Source of the DNA: Octopus vulgaris
Lineage: Eukaryota
Length of the DNA: 64,000 nucleotides
Reading direction: 5' to 3'
Assembly: GCA_951406725.2 (NCBI GenBank)
Contig: OX597817.1
Span: 112,158,001-112,222,000 of the forward strand
Notes under the pieces: generated by a model
The model's input: the letters and a program-made list of their open reading frames with translations, nothing else
Told to the model about the DNA's origin: nothing
Databases searched by the model: none
In this document: one piece after another, positions 53,448 through 64,000 of the stretch
How the letters are laid out: every line of letters begins with the position of its first letter
How positions within the stretch are numbered: the stretch's first letter is position 1
Translations under genes and position numbers: made by a program

Positions 53448-53521
53448 GTATTACAACAATAGTTACAGTAACACCATATGTACTTAAATACATCATGTAT
53501 TTGCTACTAAATTCATATGTT

Positions 53522-53522
<1 letters not shown>

Positions 53523-53582
<60 letters not shown>
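53523..53582. repeat. (TA)n microsatellite
   Basis: Read directly from the sequence. Confidence 0.95.
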
Positions 53583-53587
<5 letters not shown>

Positions 53588-53673
53588 AAGAGTGAAAAGG
53601 AACACACGAGTTGATATATATGAAAAAACAAGTCAAGATAGAAAATGCTAAAATAATTTTATAAAAAACATTT

Positions 53674-53711
53674 CAGTACCGGTTTCGGTCATTTTGAGAC
53701 TTTTTCAACTG
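53674..53711 (-). ncRNA. Hammerhead-like motif in the inverted arm (first stem II pair mutated)
   Basis: Reverse complement CAG-UUGAAAA-AGUC...GACC-GAAA-CCG-GUA-CUG. Confidence 0.55.
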
Positions 53712-53974
53712 TAACGATTAAATAATTAAATTTAGAAAAATTAAAAGAAAAGTTTTTTTAAAGGAATATTTGTATAGTGTTCAAATATAAGTGGCATTCT
53801 GCCTTTCTCTGTCTCCCTTGTTTGCACTTGTGTGTTCGAGGTCGTTGTGAATTCTTGGTAGGGTAGGAGAAGAAGAAGGTTGATGAGGAGAGGGGGTGGA
53901 AAAATTTGGGAGTGCCTTGATTGTCGTATTTTGAATGGTCAGTGACGGCTAGCAGTACATAGGCCAAACAAGAG

Positions 53975-54233
53975 CAGTACATAGGCCAAACAAAAAATAG
54001 TTTGCATAAAAGAATGGCCCTGCACAGATCCCAGATAAAAATTCCCCAAAAACAGAAAAATAGCTTTCAGCCAACATATAGATACTTGCGCCAACAACAA
54101 AACACCAGGCTTCAGGATTTTCCTCCTCTACCAATTTAGGGACGATACAACCTCGAGACAACGAATAAGTAAAGAAACTCTCTTTATTACAAAATACAGG
54201 CCACTTCTTAACGGGTCTACGACAAACGATTAA
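53975..54233 (+). pseudogene. GIY-YIG endonuclease C-terminal fragment of the Penelope-like element
   Basis: QYIGQTKNSLHKRMALHRSQIK, a one-base frameshift in the A run at 54055-54060, then IAFSQHIDTC...RISKETLFITKYRPLLN...*. Confidence 0.85.
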
Positions 54234-54396
54234 TACACCTCAGCTTTAGAATAACAGAAATACACACGCAAATATTACATTCCAAAGAATCCATTACAAA
54301 TCAGCCCCAATCACAGCTATAATCCATAACGTGCCAACTTCAAGTCATACAACACCTCACTACTTCCACTCATTCATATTCTCCCTTCTCTTTTTA

Positions 54397-54556
54397 CTTC
54401 TTCTTCCTCTTCTTCTTCATCATCATCATTATCATCATCATCGTCGTCATCATCATCACCATCATCATCTTCTTCTCCTTCTCCTTCTTCTTCTTCATCA
54501 TCAACATCGTCATCTTCTTCTTCTTCTTCTTCTTCTTCTTCTTCTTCTTCTTCTTC
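54397..54556. repeat. (CTT)n/(CAT)n microsatellite inside the Penelope-like element
   Basis: Read directly from the sequence; source of the spurious His/Leu ORF. Confidence 0.92.
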
Positions 54557-54909
54557 TGCTCCACCTTCTACCTCTTAACTTTATCACTAATACTTTTTTG
54601 TATAACACCTACGCAAATTCCATAAACAAACCTTTCAATAGAAATATTCTCCTGAATTGAACTGCAACTGCTAGCCGTCACTGACCATTTAAAATACGAC
54701 AATCAAGGCACTTCCAAATTTTTCCACCCCCTCTCCTCATCAACCTTCTTCTTCTACCCTACCAAGAATTCACAACGACCTCGAACACACAAGTGCAAAT
54801 AAGGGAGACAGAGAAAGGCAGAATGCCACTTATATTTGAACACTATACAAATATTCCTTTAAAAAAAACTTTTCTTTTAATTTTTCTAAATTTAATTATT
54901 TAATCGTTA

Positions 54910-54947
54910 CAGTTGAAAAGGTCTCAAAATGACCGAAACCGGTACTG
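54910..54947 (+). ncRNA. Minimal hammerhead ribozyme, U3-A8 core variant
   Basis: CAG-UUGAAAA-GGUC-UCAAAAU-GACC-GAAA-CCG-GUA-CUG; palindromic ACCGGU stem III. Confidence 0.7.
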
Positions 54948-55007
54948 AAATGTTCTTTATAAAATTATTTTAGCATTTTCTATCTTGACTTGTTTTTTCA
55001 TATATAT

Positions 55008-55040
<33 letters not shown>

Positions 55041-55479
55041 GTTTAGCGTCCGTTTTCCATGCTAGCATGGGTTGGACATGTGTGTGTACACATAGTATTT
55101 ATGTGTATTATATGTATCTATCATATATATATAGTGTGTGTGCATGTAGTATTTATCTGTATTGTATGTATCTATCTATGTGTCTTATGTCTTCATATAT
55201 GTTCAGAAAAGCTGGACAGATACTTATTTGAATGGAGAGAGGGATAACAAGATATGTGTAAAAAGAGATTGAGTGTGAACATATTTTATGTAGATGGGTG
55301 GCAGATGAAAGTCTGCTGAATAGGTAAGGAGGACAGCAGATGGTAACTCAGTACGAATTTGGTGAAAAGCCAAGATGTTGAATAAGTATATTGAATAAGT
55401 ATATTGCAGCTTTCATCACTCCCCATTTTAGTATATATTTCATCAAGCTTGCACAGGTAGTTCAGCTTCTCCAACACTG

Positions 55480-55910
55480 TGTACTACCAGTCAACACTAT
55501 CTTTTGTCATCCCCTTTGTGAATTGTAATAACTTGAGATTAATTTTCCTGAGTCTCCCACCTCCACAAGCTCCATTGATTCTAAGCATTTGGCACTTCCC
55601 TATACAATTGCCCTCCTCCATATGTCACATATTGTACTAGTGCAGTCTTTTCTCTTACACTCTACATTTGATTCATATTTATCTGGTTTTCCTCTCATTT
55701 CATTTGTACTCTGATATTAATGCACTTAACATTATGTACCCAGCAAAGCATACTTGCTTCCTTTCTTTCTTGTATTCACAAGTCCTTTGCATTCATGTTG
55801 ACAATCGGCATGTATGTCATGCTGCTAGACAGCATTGCACTTCACACAAGCATTATAAAATCTGCCCTTTGCCCTCAAAGAGAAGCCCTTTGTTGCTAGT
55901 AGAGATAATT
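55480..55910 (-). mobile_element. Decayed RTE LINE fragment (RT C-terminal region)
   Basis: LSLLATKGFSLRAKGRFYNACV and ASMLCWVHNV remnants. Confidence 0.7.
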
Positions 55911-57322
55911 GATTATGTCACAAAAGTTATTGACTGCTTATGGAAAGCAGTCCAGGTGTTTTGAGATAATCTATGCTCTGATTGTGCTTAATGGATATTA
56001 GGTCAATGCATATGATACTGCTATGAAGTCTACCTTCCATTTAATCTGATTTTTGGTCCCAGTTTTTTTTTTTTTTTTTTTTTTATCAGACCATGCAATT
56101 TGCATCCTCCTACCAACACTTTTCACATTATTCCTTAAACAATAATAGTTACTGGGATAAATGTTGCTATTGTGAGAAGTAGTGGTAGTATCTGGGCCAG
56201 TATTAAAGTTATGCGTGTGGTGGTCAGGAACATTATTTTACTGGATATTTTACTGTCTTGGATCCATACTCTTGGACTTTTACTATCTCGGATATTCACC
56301 CTCAGACTTAAATTCTTTAACCTTTGTTTTTTCATGTAAAAATACTCTTTTTATGCCAGTATTTTCTAATTTACATACAGATGCTAACTATGGACAACAC
56401 TCATGTTTGTCTACCACAATATGTTTTTGAATTACTTATACACATACAGACAAGAACACTTTATATTGCATACTGCCATGTCATCACCTTTGCACATCTA
56501 GTTACAAATATTTGCTCACTAAGCCTCTCATGCACATTTTCATACTACCCAGCAAAAATACATACTTGTACTTTCACAGATATACACATAATATAACCTT
56601 CCTAACACCCATTCAAATACTATCTTCCTCTTACTAAGTGAAATCACTGACACCCTACATACTCACTCATTGCATTTCTTGATCCTTCATAGAATAGCAT
56701 TCTCTGATTTACAGCTCTTTACATTGCTCTTGTCCTATCATTTTTGTCTGTCTGTCTGTCTCTCTTTCTTCTCTCATGTGTATTTGTGTGTGTGTGTATA
56801 CATAGGCATATAATGTACATCAATACTCACACAGACACATAAATGCATAAATATGTTAGAAAATTTTAAAGATGTATGATTTATCATTCTTTATTGTCTT
56901 TCTAATATTCTTTAGAATTTACATGAAATCCTTCAATGTGAACTCAGGTTTTACCAATCAAAACGAGTACAACTGCAATTGTAATTCCAAATGTTGTCTC
57001 ATATTCAATATGGTTAGTCTGGATTTTAACAAAGCGCTCATAAAGTATCTGCCGGGATTAAAAACCCCTATTCCTTTGTGTTACACACACACATACACAC
57101 CAATGGGTGAGGAGGTGCTAATATAAGCATACAATTGATGAACACCAGATTACTATTTGGAAAAGTCCAAAATTCTTAAAATCCAGTAAAAATGATTCAC
57201 AGAACAAAAGCCAGCTATAAGAACTGTGTAACTCAAGCATAAAATAAAATGCTAAAAGATGAACAAATGCATATGTATGGCGTAATATCCTTTGTATCAT
57301 TTATATACTATGTTATATAAGC

Positions 57323-57669
57323 ATAACCAAACTATAACAACTGCAGCAAAAATGCTCCTAGATAGTTCTTTACAACTGTTTCAAAAATTTTGTGACTGAT
57401 AGAGTTGTATGTATTATGCAAACGGGTGGTGCATATTGATGTAATATGCATCAAATAAATAGAAAAAAATATGAGCACATAAACATGAAATCTCTTAAGC
57501 AATCTGAGCCAAAGGCTTTAAATTGCCAAAATTTTCTTCAGAAGAAAACAGTGGTAGAATACAATTCATCTAGGAGTAGACTGGTATTTATGAGTATAGA
57601 AACATCAATAAAAAATGGAGGAAAGTGGGTGGCAAATGATAGAAACGTGAGATCTAGAGTGTACAGAAA

Positions 57670-57707
<38 letters not shown>

Positions 57708-58475
57708 AAGGTGGGATAGAAGAGAGGAAAGTAAAGAACAAAGAAAACGGAAACAAAAAAGTAAAAAGCGGACAAGAGATGAAAAGGCTATAAAGATTCT
57801 TTATAACCAGAATCAGGAAAATCGAAATTTTCTCGTTCACAAACAGTGGGATGCAATTATATTCTGTACACATAGCTTTTTTGATTTTTGAAACGTTTAC
57901 ATTTTACTATAGATTAATATGTTCCAAAGACATTAGATAACTATAAACCACATTTTAACCTAATTTCCTCGTACTAACTTATATAGTCTTCTCCATCTGT
58001 TTTACTTATAAACTAGGACTTAACATATCTTCATCCTAAGAATAACTTAATCTTTAAACATTATAAATATTTACAAAACTACGTCCCCACAAAGGGACAT
58101 ACTATTTTCTATAGGCTTAGATATGGCTATGTGGATAACAAGTTCGCTTACCACCCACTTTTCTCCGACTTTTATTGGTGTTTCCATACTCTTAAATACA
58201 AGTCTATTTGCCAGAGAAACGGTATTCTACCTCCTCTTTCTTCTAAAGAAAAATTCTGAAAACCAAACCTATAGCGTGGATTCATATGAGACATGTTTTT
58301 TTCTTATAATTTTGTTTTTTACTTATTTGATGCGTGTTACTTCATTAGTATGCCCGACCCACTTGTTTTTGTGTAATACATAATATGTATTGCAACAAAC
58401 AGTCGCTGAATCTTTGAAACAGTTGTAAAGAATTATCTTGGAGTATTTTCGCTTCAGTTGTTATATTTTGGCTAT
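57323..58475. repeat. Diverged long inverted repeat (arms 57323-57632 / 58151-58475)
   Basis: Blocks such as ttctttacaactgtttcaaa and aaagtgggtgg recur in reverse complement and in collinear order. Confidence 0.75.
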
Positions 58476-58600
58476 TTTTAACGTTTTTGCAAATTATATA
58501 TATAAAAAAAAAGTACTGTGCCATATACACATGTTTGTCCATCTTTTATTTCTATCAGTCTGTCCGTCTGTCTCTCACACATACACACATACATATACAC

Positions 58601-58955
58601 ACTCATACCTCAGTACTACGGACCTCCCTTTAACAGATTTCGGAAGCAGCGGACAAAATCACGGCATATTAACAACGTCTCTTCACCATCCATGGTAAGT
58701 CTGATTTTAAATTTAAAATGTTGAATTTACTGTATTATAGTGTATATTTACAGCGAACAGGTATTTTACACTGTCAGATTGGATAGTGTGCTTGATTAAA
58801 TGTACAGTACTGTATTTATTGCTCTGTCTTTCGTAATGTAATTGTTGATACAAGCCACTCCTAACGTAGCCTAACCTTGGAGTCGATACCTACGGACAAT
58901 CGGCTTCATCGGACCGATGTTCCTCCTTTTAGTCCGTAGCACCAAAGTATGAGAG
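58601..58955. mobile_element. ~355-bp TIR element (MITE-like)
   Basis: actcatacctcagtactacggac ... gtccgtagcaccaaagtatgag inverted termini. Confidence 0.6.
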
Positions 58956-59399
58956 TATATGTATGTGCGTGTGTGTGTGTGTTTGATAGACATCCACAGA
59001 TACTGCAGACAAAACTTCCCCCATTCACCACACTAGCAGTGCGTTTTCGAGCATCGCTCTTAAGTTCAGCATGCAAATGTGTTTCTCCAAAACTATCCAC
59101 CCTTTCCTTTAATCGTTGCCTTTATTGGTGTCGATGAGAAAAAGCGTTGCTTTCCTTCCATATCTCACATGTCTTAAACTACGGTTTAAGGATTGTATAA
59201 AGTCATCGTTGAAAGCATGTGAGATATACCTACGCACACGCATGAGTATGTATATTTTCACTGTTGGTATTTACCGCATTTAGCTCATCCGCGGATATTG
59301 GCAGTCAGACAGCTGTAAGCCAGAGACAAATATCTGAAAATTTATAAGTATCCCTGGACTTTTATAATGACAAAGAAGAATAGGTTGAACAAGTCATTT

Positions 59400-59680
59400 T
59401 ATTATGAGTGGATTTGGTAGGCGGGATCGGAAAGACGTCCGTCATGTGTATATGCTTGTGTGTGTTTTTATGTCTGTGTTAGTTCCCCACCACCGCTTGC
59501 ACTCTAATGTTGGTGTGTTTACGTCCCCATAACTTAGCGGTTCAGCAAAAGAGACCGATCGAATTAAATACCCGGCTTTAAAAAATATTAGCACTGGGGT
59601 GGGCTCGTTCGATAAAAAATTCTCCAAGGCGATGCCCCAGCATGGCCGCAGTCTAATGACTGAAGCAAGTAAAAGATAAA
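59400..59680 (+). mobile_element. SINE family B 3' part, CpG-rich
   Basis: gccccagcatggccgcagtctaatgactgaagcaagtaaaaga tail. Confidence 0.78.
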
Positions 59681-59829
59681 AGTTATATATGCAGCGTAAC
59701 CATCTGGTCCGTTTTGTATTTCTTTTTATCATATTTAATTTTACGAATACAATAATATTCTATTGATTTTGTCTTTCTATCAAATTTATTGATCACTTTA
59801 TTTAATTAATTCCACCAGTGCTTCGTCAA

Positions 59830-60914
59830 TGCTACAATGATGAAGCTTGTATGGAAAACATCCTTCAAGTAACAAAACATTTAAGACAAACTTATGAATG
59901 ACTTTGTAAAACTGGAAATATCCATGATTTATTATCAACAGAAGTCCGTGCTTGCGTCTAGGATGAAATTGTTGCCTAAATTAAGTCCCATGGAGGAAGA
60001 ACAAAATTGCTCCTTAAGAAAGGCATTTAAGAAAATGGACATGCCATATGAAATAACCAGAAAATTTTTGCGAGGATAACTTACCACCAAACAAATTCTC
60101 TCTGATAACGATACAGCCAAGATGAAATGTTGTCAGTTAATCAAAGGACAATTCTCTTATCCAGTATCACTGTTTTTCATGTAAATGCTCTGATCAAGCA
60201 GCATAGCTGTGTTATTTGGAGATATGAAAGTACCAAACGCTATACTGAAAAAAATAAACAACCCCTTTAACATCTAGTATCAATATCTGAACTGCAATAT
60301 TTCAAAATAAGTTGATTAGACTGATTTTTGCTTTTGGGGAATGCACAACAAAATTTATTTAGCCACGTTGAATAACTATTTTATAACAACATTTAAACAA
60401 CTGATGATTGAACAGAACCTATATCCAACAGGATGGAAGTTCTTTAGAATGGGAACTCCAAATAAAGGAGTTCCTAAATTGCACATTTCATGAAAAATGG
60501 ACTAGCCATTCTGTTTCAACTGCTTGGCCTACAAGAAACCCTGAACATTTATTTACGAAGTGTAATTAAGGCAGAGATTTACGAGAGAAAACCTCTAAAT
60601 GTTGGTTTCAAATTTTGACACAAGGCTAGCAATTTCGGACCAGTGCTCAACTGAGACTTATTTTATCGACCCCGAAAGGCAGAATTTGAATTCAGAACCT
60701 ATAGACAGACGAAATACCTCTAAGCATTTTGACCGGCGTGCTAACATTTCTGGCAGTTCACTGCCCTAAAAAGCCTAAAAATATTAATGAGATGAATACA
60801 TTTACAAAGGAAGAATTTGATCATCAAAATGACTCAAACCTATTTTTGATACTATGGTTCATCGATTTTCCCCCTTTTATTAAAGTTGAAGGACGATATA
60901 TCCAGCATAAATAA
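59830..60914 (+). mobile_element. Tc1/mariner-superfamily transposase relic, interrupted by a SINE A copy (60604-60765, -)
   Basis: FHVNALIKQHSCVIWR, QQDGS, AWPTRNP and C-terminal IKVEGRYIQH resemble FHLNG.VN.HNC.IW, FQQDGA, WPPRSPD and G..FEH motifs. Confidence 0.6.
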
Positions 60915-61415
60915 CAGTCCAGTATAGCATTAACATTTTTAGTCATTCCTTTTGTTTCAATAAATTTCTTCTTACATAAACTATAATTGTCTCATTGTTT
61001 TTCATCAAAGCACCGGAGGGAGTTTATAGCCTGTGTATGCATGTGTGTCTGAGTGTGTGTGTTATGTATGTATGTATGTATGTAGATGGTGGTGATGGCT
61101 TACCGTCGTTCGACCATGAGGATTTAGAGCTCCTATCAACTAACTTACCTGCTCTTGAATTAACGAGTATGCGACTCAGCAATTCACAGATACATATACT
61201 CCAACATAATTCTCAGTCAAATCAGCGTGAGATAGGACTTCTATACAGTTTCCGTTTACCTATTTTCCTTATCAAGATATTGTTCATCGAAAGCTAAAGA
61301 AAATGAAGATGCCATACAGTGGGAACTGGGACCTCGTGACTGCGAATCATACTTGTTAACCATTCGGTAATGCTGTACCTGTACGTAAGTATATATATAT
61401 ATATATATATATATA

Positions 61416-61644
61416 TTTCTTTACTACCCACAAGGGGCTAAACACAGAGGGGACAAACAAGGACAGACAAACAGATTAAGTCGATTACGTCGACCCCAGT
61501 GCGTAACTGGTACTTAATTTATCGACCCCGAAAGGATGAAAGGCAAAGTCGACCTCGGCGGAATTTGAACTCGGAACGTAACGACAGACGAAATACGGCT
61601 ACGCATTTCGCCCGGCGTGCCAACGTTTCTGCCAGCTCGCCGCC
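61416..61644 (-). mobile_element. Full-length, apparently young SINE family A copy between (TA)n tracts
   Basis: Intact head ggcggcgagctggcagaaacg, B box gagttcaaattcc, CpGs retained. Confidence 0.9.
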
Positions 61645-61651
61645 TTAATGC

Positions 61652-61690
<39 letters not shown>

Positions 61691-62019
61691 CGTGTGTGTG
61701 TGTGCGTGTGCGTGTGTATAAAATGTTGTAGAAACCATGTATCTATTGCTATTTCGTTTGTTATGTAATATGAAGTTTTGGTGGTGTAATCTGATTGTGA
61801 AGTAATACTTTCCATAACAGTCGTCAACAGAATTGAAACGCGTGCAAGAATTTATTGAAAAACGTAAAAAAGACTAATCTTTCTTTTTTTCTTTTTTATC
61901 TATGTTCTGTATTCAAAATATCGAGGAATAACTACACCAAGGTATTTAGAAATGCAATTCAGTTTCTCTTCACGAACGAACCTTTGGAACTATAATGGAA
62001 GACCTAGAGTTCTAAACAT

Positions 62020-63820
62020 TGGCGATACGTCGTGCTCGGCAGACCGCACTACATCCCCAACCCCACATCACTGATGAACAATGGTCATCAATTCAAAGTA
62101 TCATCACTTGATAACAAAAAGTATCAGTAGTTTCACCAAAAAGGGGAGCCCAAAATTGATTTGACAAATAACGATGAAATTAACTAGCCCGTTGAGAGAA
62201 AGCAATATGCTCGGATGTCACACGAGCAAGATCAATGATAAAGACTTAATATGACTCGTTATCAAAATTTCGATCATTAATGTCAAACCAAACCCAAAGT
62301 AATTCCGAACAACTCGTTGCACAAAAAGCAACTTGAAAACTATGCAGTTGCCCGTGAATTTAGATGCTTCTTTGTTGAAGCGAAGCAAATGTTTAGCCCA
62401 GTACGAACGTCAACGGGTGACTATCTAGCTGCTGACGGATCCACACGATAACCTCCAACGCTGGAAGAAACATTTTCCCTCGCTGTTGAATCAGAATTCA
62501 CCAACAACAGATTTCTTAAGAAATGTTTCACATCATCGTAGAAAACTATAGATGATTGCACAATTATGATTTTGAGAGTTTGAAAATGCTGTGAAAAAGA
62601 ATGATACAGTAAAAATCCCCAAATCCAAATACCATTTCTCTTAAATCATTGCAATATGGTGGAATATGCCTCAAAACCCAGCTTGTCTCACAAATTTTGA
62701 AAAGATTGAGTCGTAAATGAATTTAAGGATGCAGTTATTATGACCATCTTCAAGAAAGGAGAACGAAAATTTTGTGAGAATTAAAGGGATATTTCATTGC
62801 ATTCCATTGAAGGAAAGAAATATTTGCAAATGTCTTTCGAAACCGTCTACAGATCATTACGGAGTGATTCTCCCCGAATCTCTAGATTTTCATGCCTTTC
62901 ATGGCACATTCAACATGATTTTTCTGAGCGAAACAACTACAAGAGGAAAGCAAAGAACAACGGAAACAATTTTTCCTTGTCTTCTACAACCAAGAAAAGT
63001 TTTTGACAGTGTGACAAGAGATGCCATATGGATGGTTCTTTAGCGTTTTAGTTGCCCAAACCACTTCACTTCACTGATTCAAGCACTGCATGGCAATGTC
63101 AAGTTTATTTTTTCATCAAAGTAAAACTTTCCGAACAGTTCCCAATTACGTGTGGGTTGAACCATGATTGCATTCTTGCACTTTCACTCTTCTCCTTAAA
63201 CTTAATCAGGTACTGACATCAAATACTATTGTAATGGAGAACTATTTAGTATAGACAGGCTTCGGTCTCATCGACACATCAACGTCCGAGTCTTTTCAGA
63301 ATTTCAATACGCAGACAGCAATGCTACTATGTCAAAACACATCAGTAGCTCCTGCAATCAGTCAACAATTGTTGGAATCTTACCAATTTTCCAAACACTG
63401 GGTGACTGATCCTTTTCCGGAGTACATTTGTTCGAAAGAATACTTTCAAAATAAGAAAAATGGTCAATCTGTTCGTGAGATGTATCACGGATATTGTTGA
63501 AATCATGGAGGTTGATCTTCGGAGCAGGTTAGGCTAGGACTAGTTCTTCGTGATATTCACAGTGAAGCCGAAACAATCAGCTCTACAGCGTTTGGAAAAT
63601 TGGCAAAACGGGTTTCTAAGAACATATAACTAACAATAAAAACAAAGTGATGGTCTAGCAAGCTAACTTATCTCAGCATTATTATACGGCTGTGAAACAC
63701 GAACACTTTATCATCGATAAATCAAACTCAGCGGTATCTTAAACATCAAATGAGAAGACAACGTAAGCACCATCATCTCAAGAGTTTGAAAATGCCATGA
63801 ATATGACGGAACTTGAAAAT
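62020..63820 (+). mobile_element. Decayed RTE (BovB-like) LINE, RT region
   Basis: DAVIMTIFKKGERKFCEN*RDISL, ILPES, FDSVTRDAIW, TAFGKL and LLYGCET remnants. Confidence 0.85.
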
Positions 63821-64000
63821 TCCCGGGTCAAGATAATACCCCTCTTGAATTACTGAAACATGCGGTACTACTTCTCAATAGTAATTTTTCTTTTTTGGTC
63901 TAATCCTGAAAGTATGGGCAAACTGTCGAATTCAAAATATGTAGTAAATGAATTTAAATATGCAGTAATTACCACCAACCTTGACAAAGGAGACTGAAAA

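Larger units (their letters stand above)
53614..55007 (+). mobile_element. 5'-truncated Penelope-like element with inverted pseudo-LTR
   Basis: Inverted arms 53614-53956 / 54667-55007 (about 5 substitutions and 2 indels); GIY-YIG remnant between them; hammerhead-like motif in each arm. Confidence 0.88.

Noticed and set aside
54331-54660. His/Leu-rich 109-aa ORF
   Set aside because: Translation of the (CAT)n/(CTT)n microsatellite.
53614-55007. ADAR footprint in the arm differences
   Set aside because: Only about 5 transitions, in mixed directions; not distinguishable from normal transition bias.

Overview
AT-rich, intron-rich metazoan DNA; the SINE and MITE families suggest an octopod cephalopod (inference). 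Bases 1-52.9 kb hold the 3' part of a NIPBL/Nipped-B cohesin-loader gene on the + strand. I traced 38 GT-AG coding exons (1268-51962, 4730 nt) that splice into one phase-consistent reading frame of about 1575 aa, ending ...DSDSEDDPDFVA*, with an AATAAA at 52915. The N-terminal exons lie upstream of the window. The introns carry a decayed Tigger/pogo element, a decayed mariner, TTAA-flanked piggyBac-like MITEs, tRNA-derived SINEs, RTE LINE ends and microsatellites. The most unusual region lies just downstream of the gene (53-59 kb). It contains (i) a TSD-flanked fold-back element with a tRNA-like Pol III promoter upstream of a minimal hammerhead ribozyme on the same strand, (ii) a 5'-truncated Penelope-like element with a GIY-YIG remnant and ~343-bp inverted arms carrying a U3-A8 variant hammerhead, and (iii) two further inverted-repeat elements. 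The window ends with Tc1/mariner and RTE relics. All homology calls are from memory; no database search was run.
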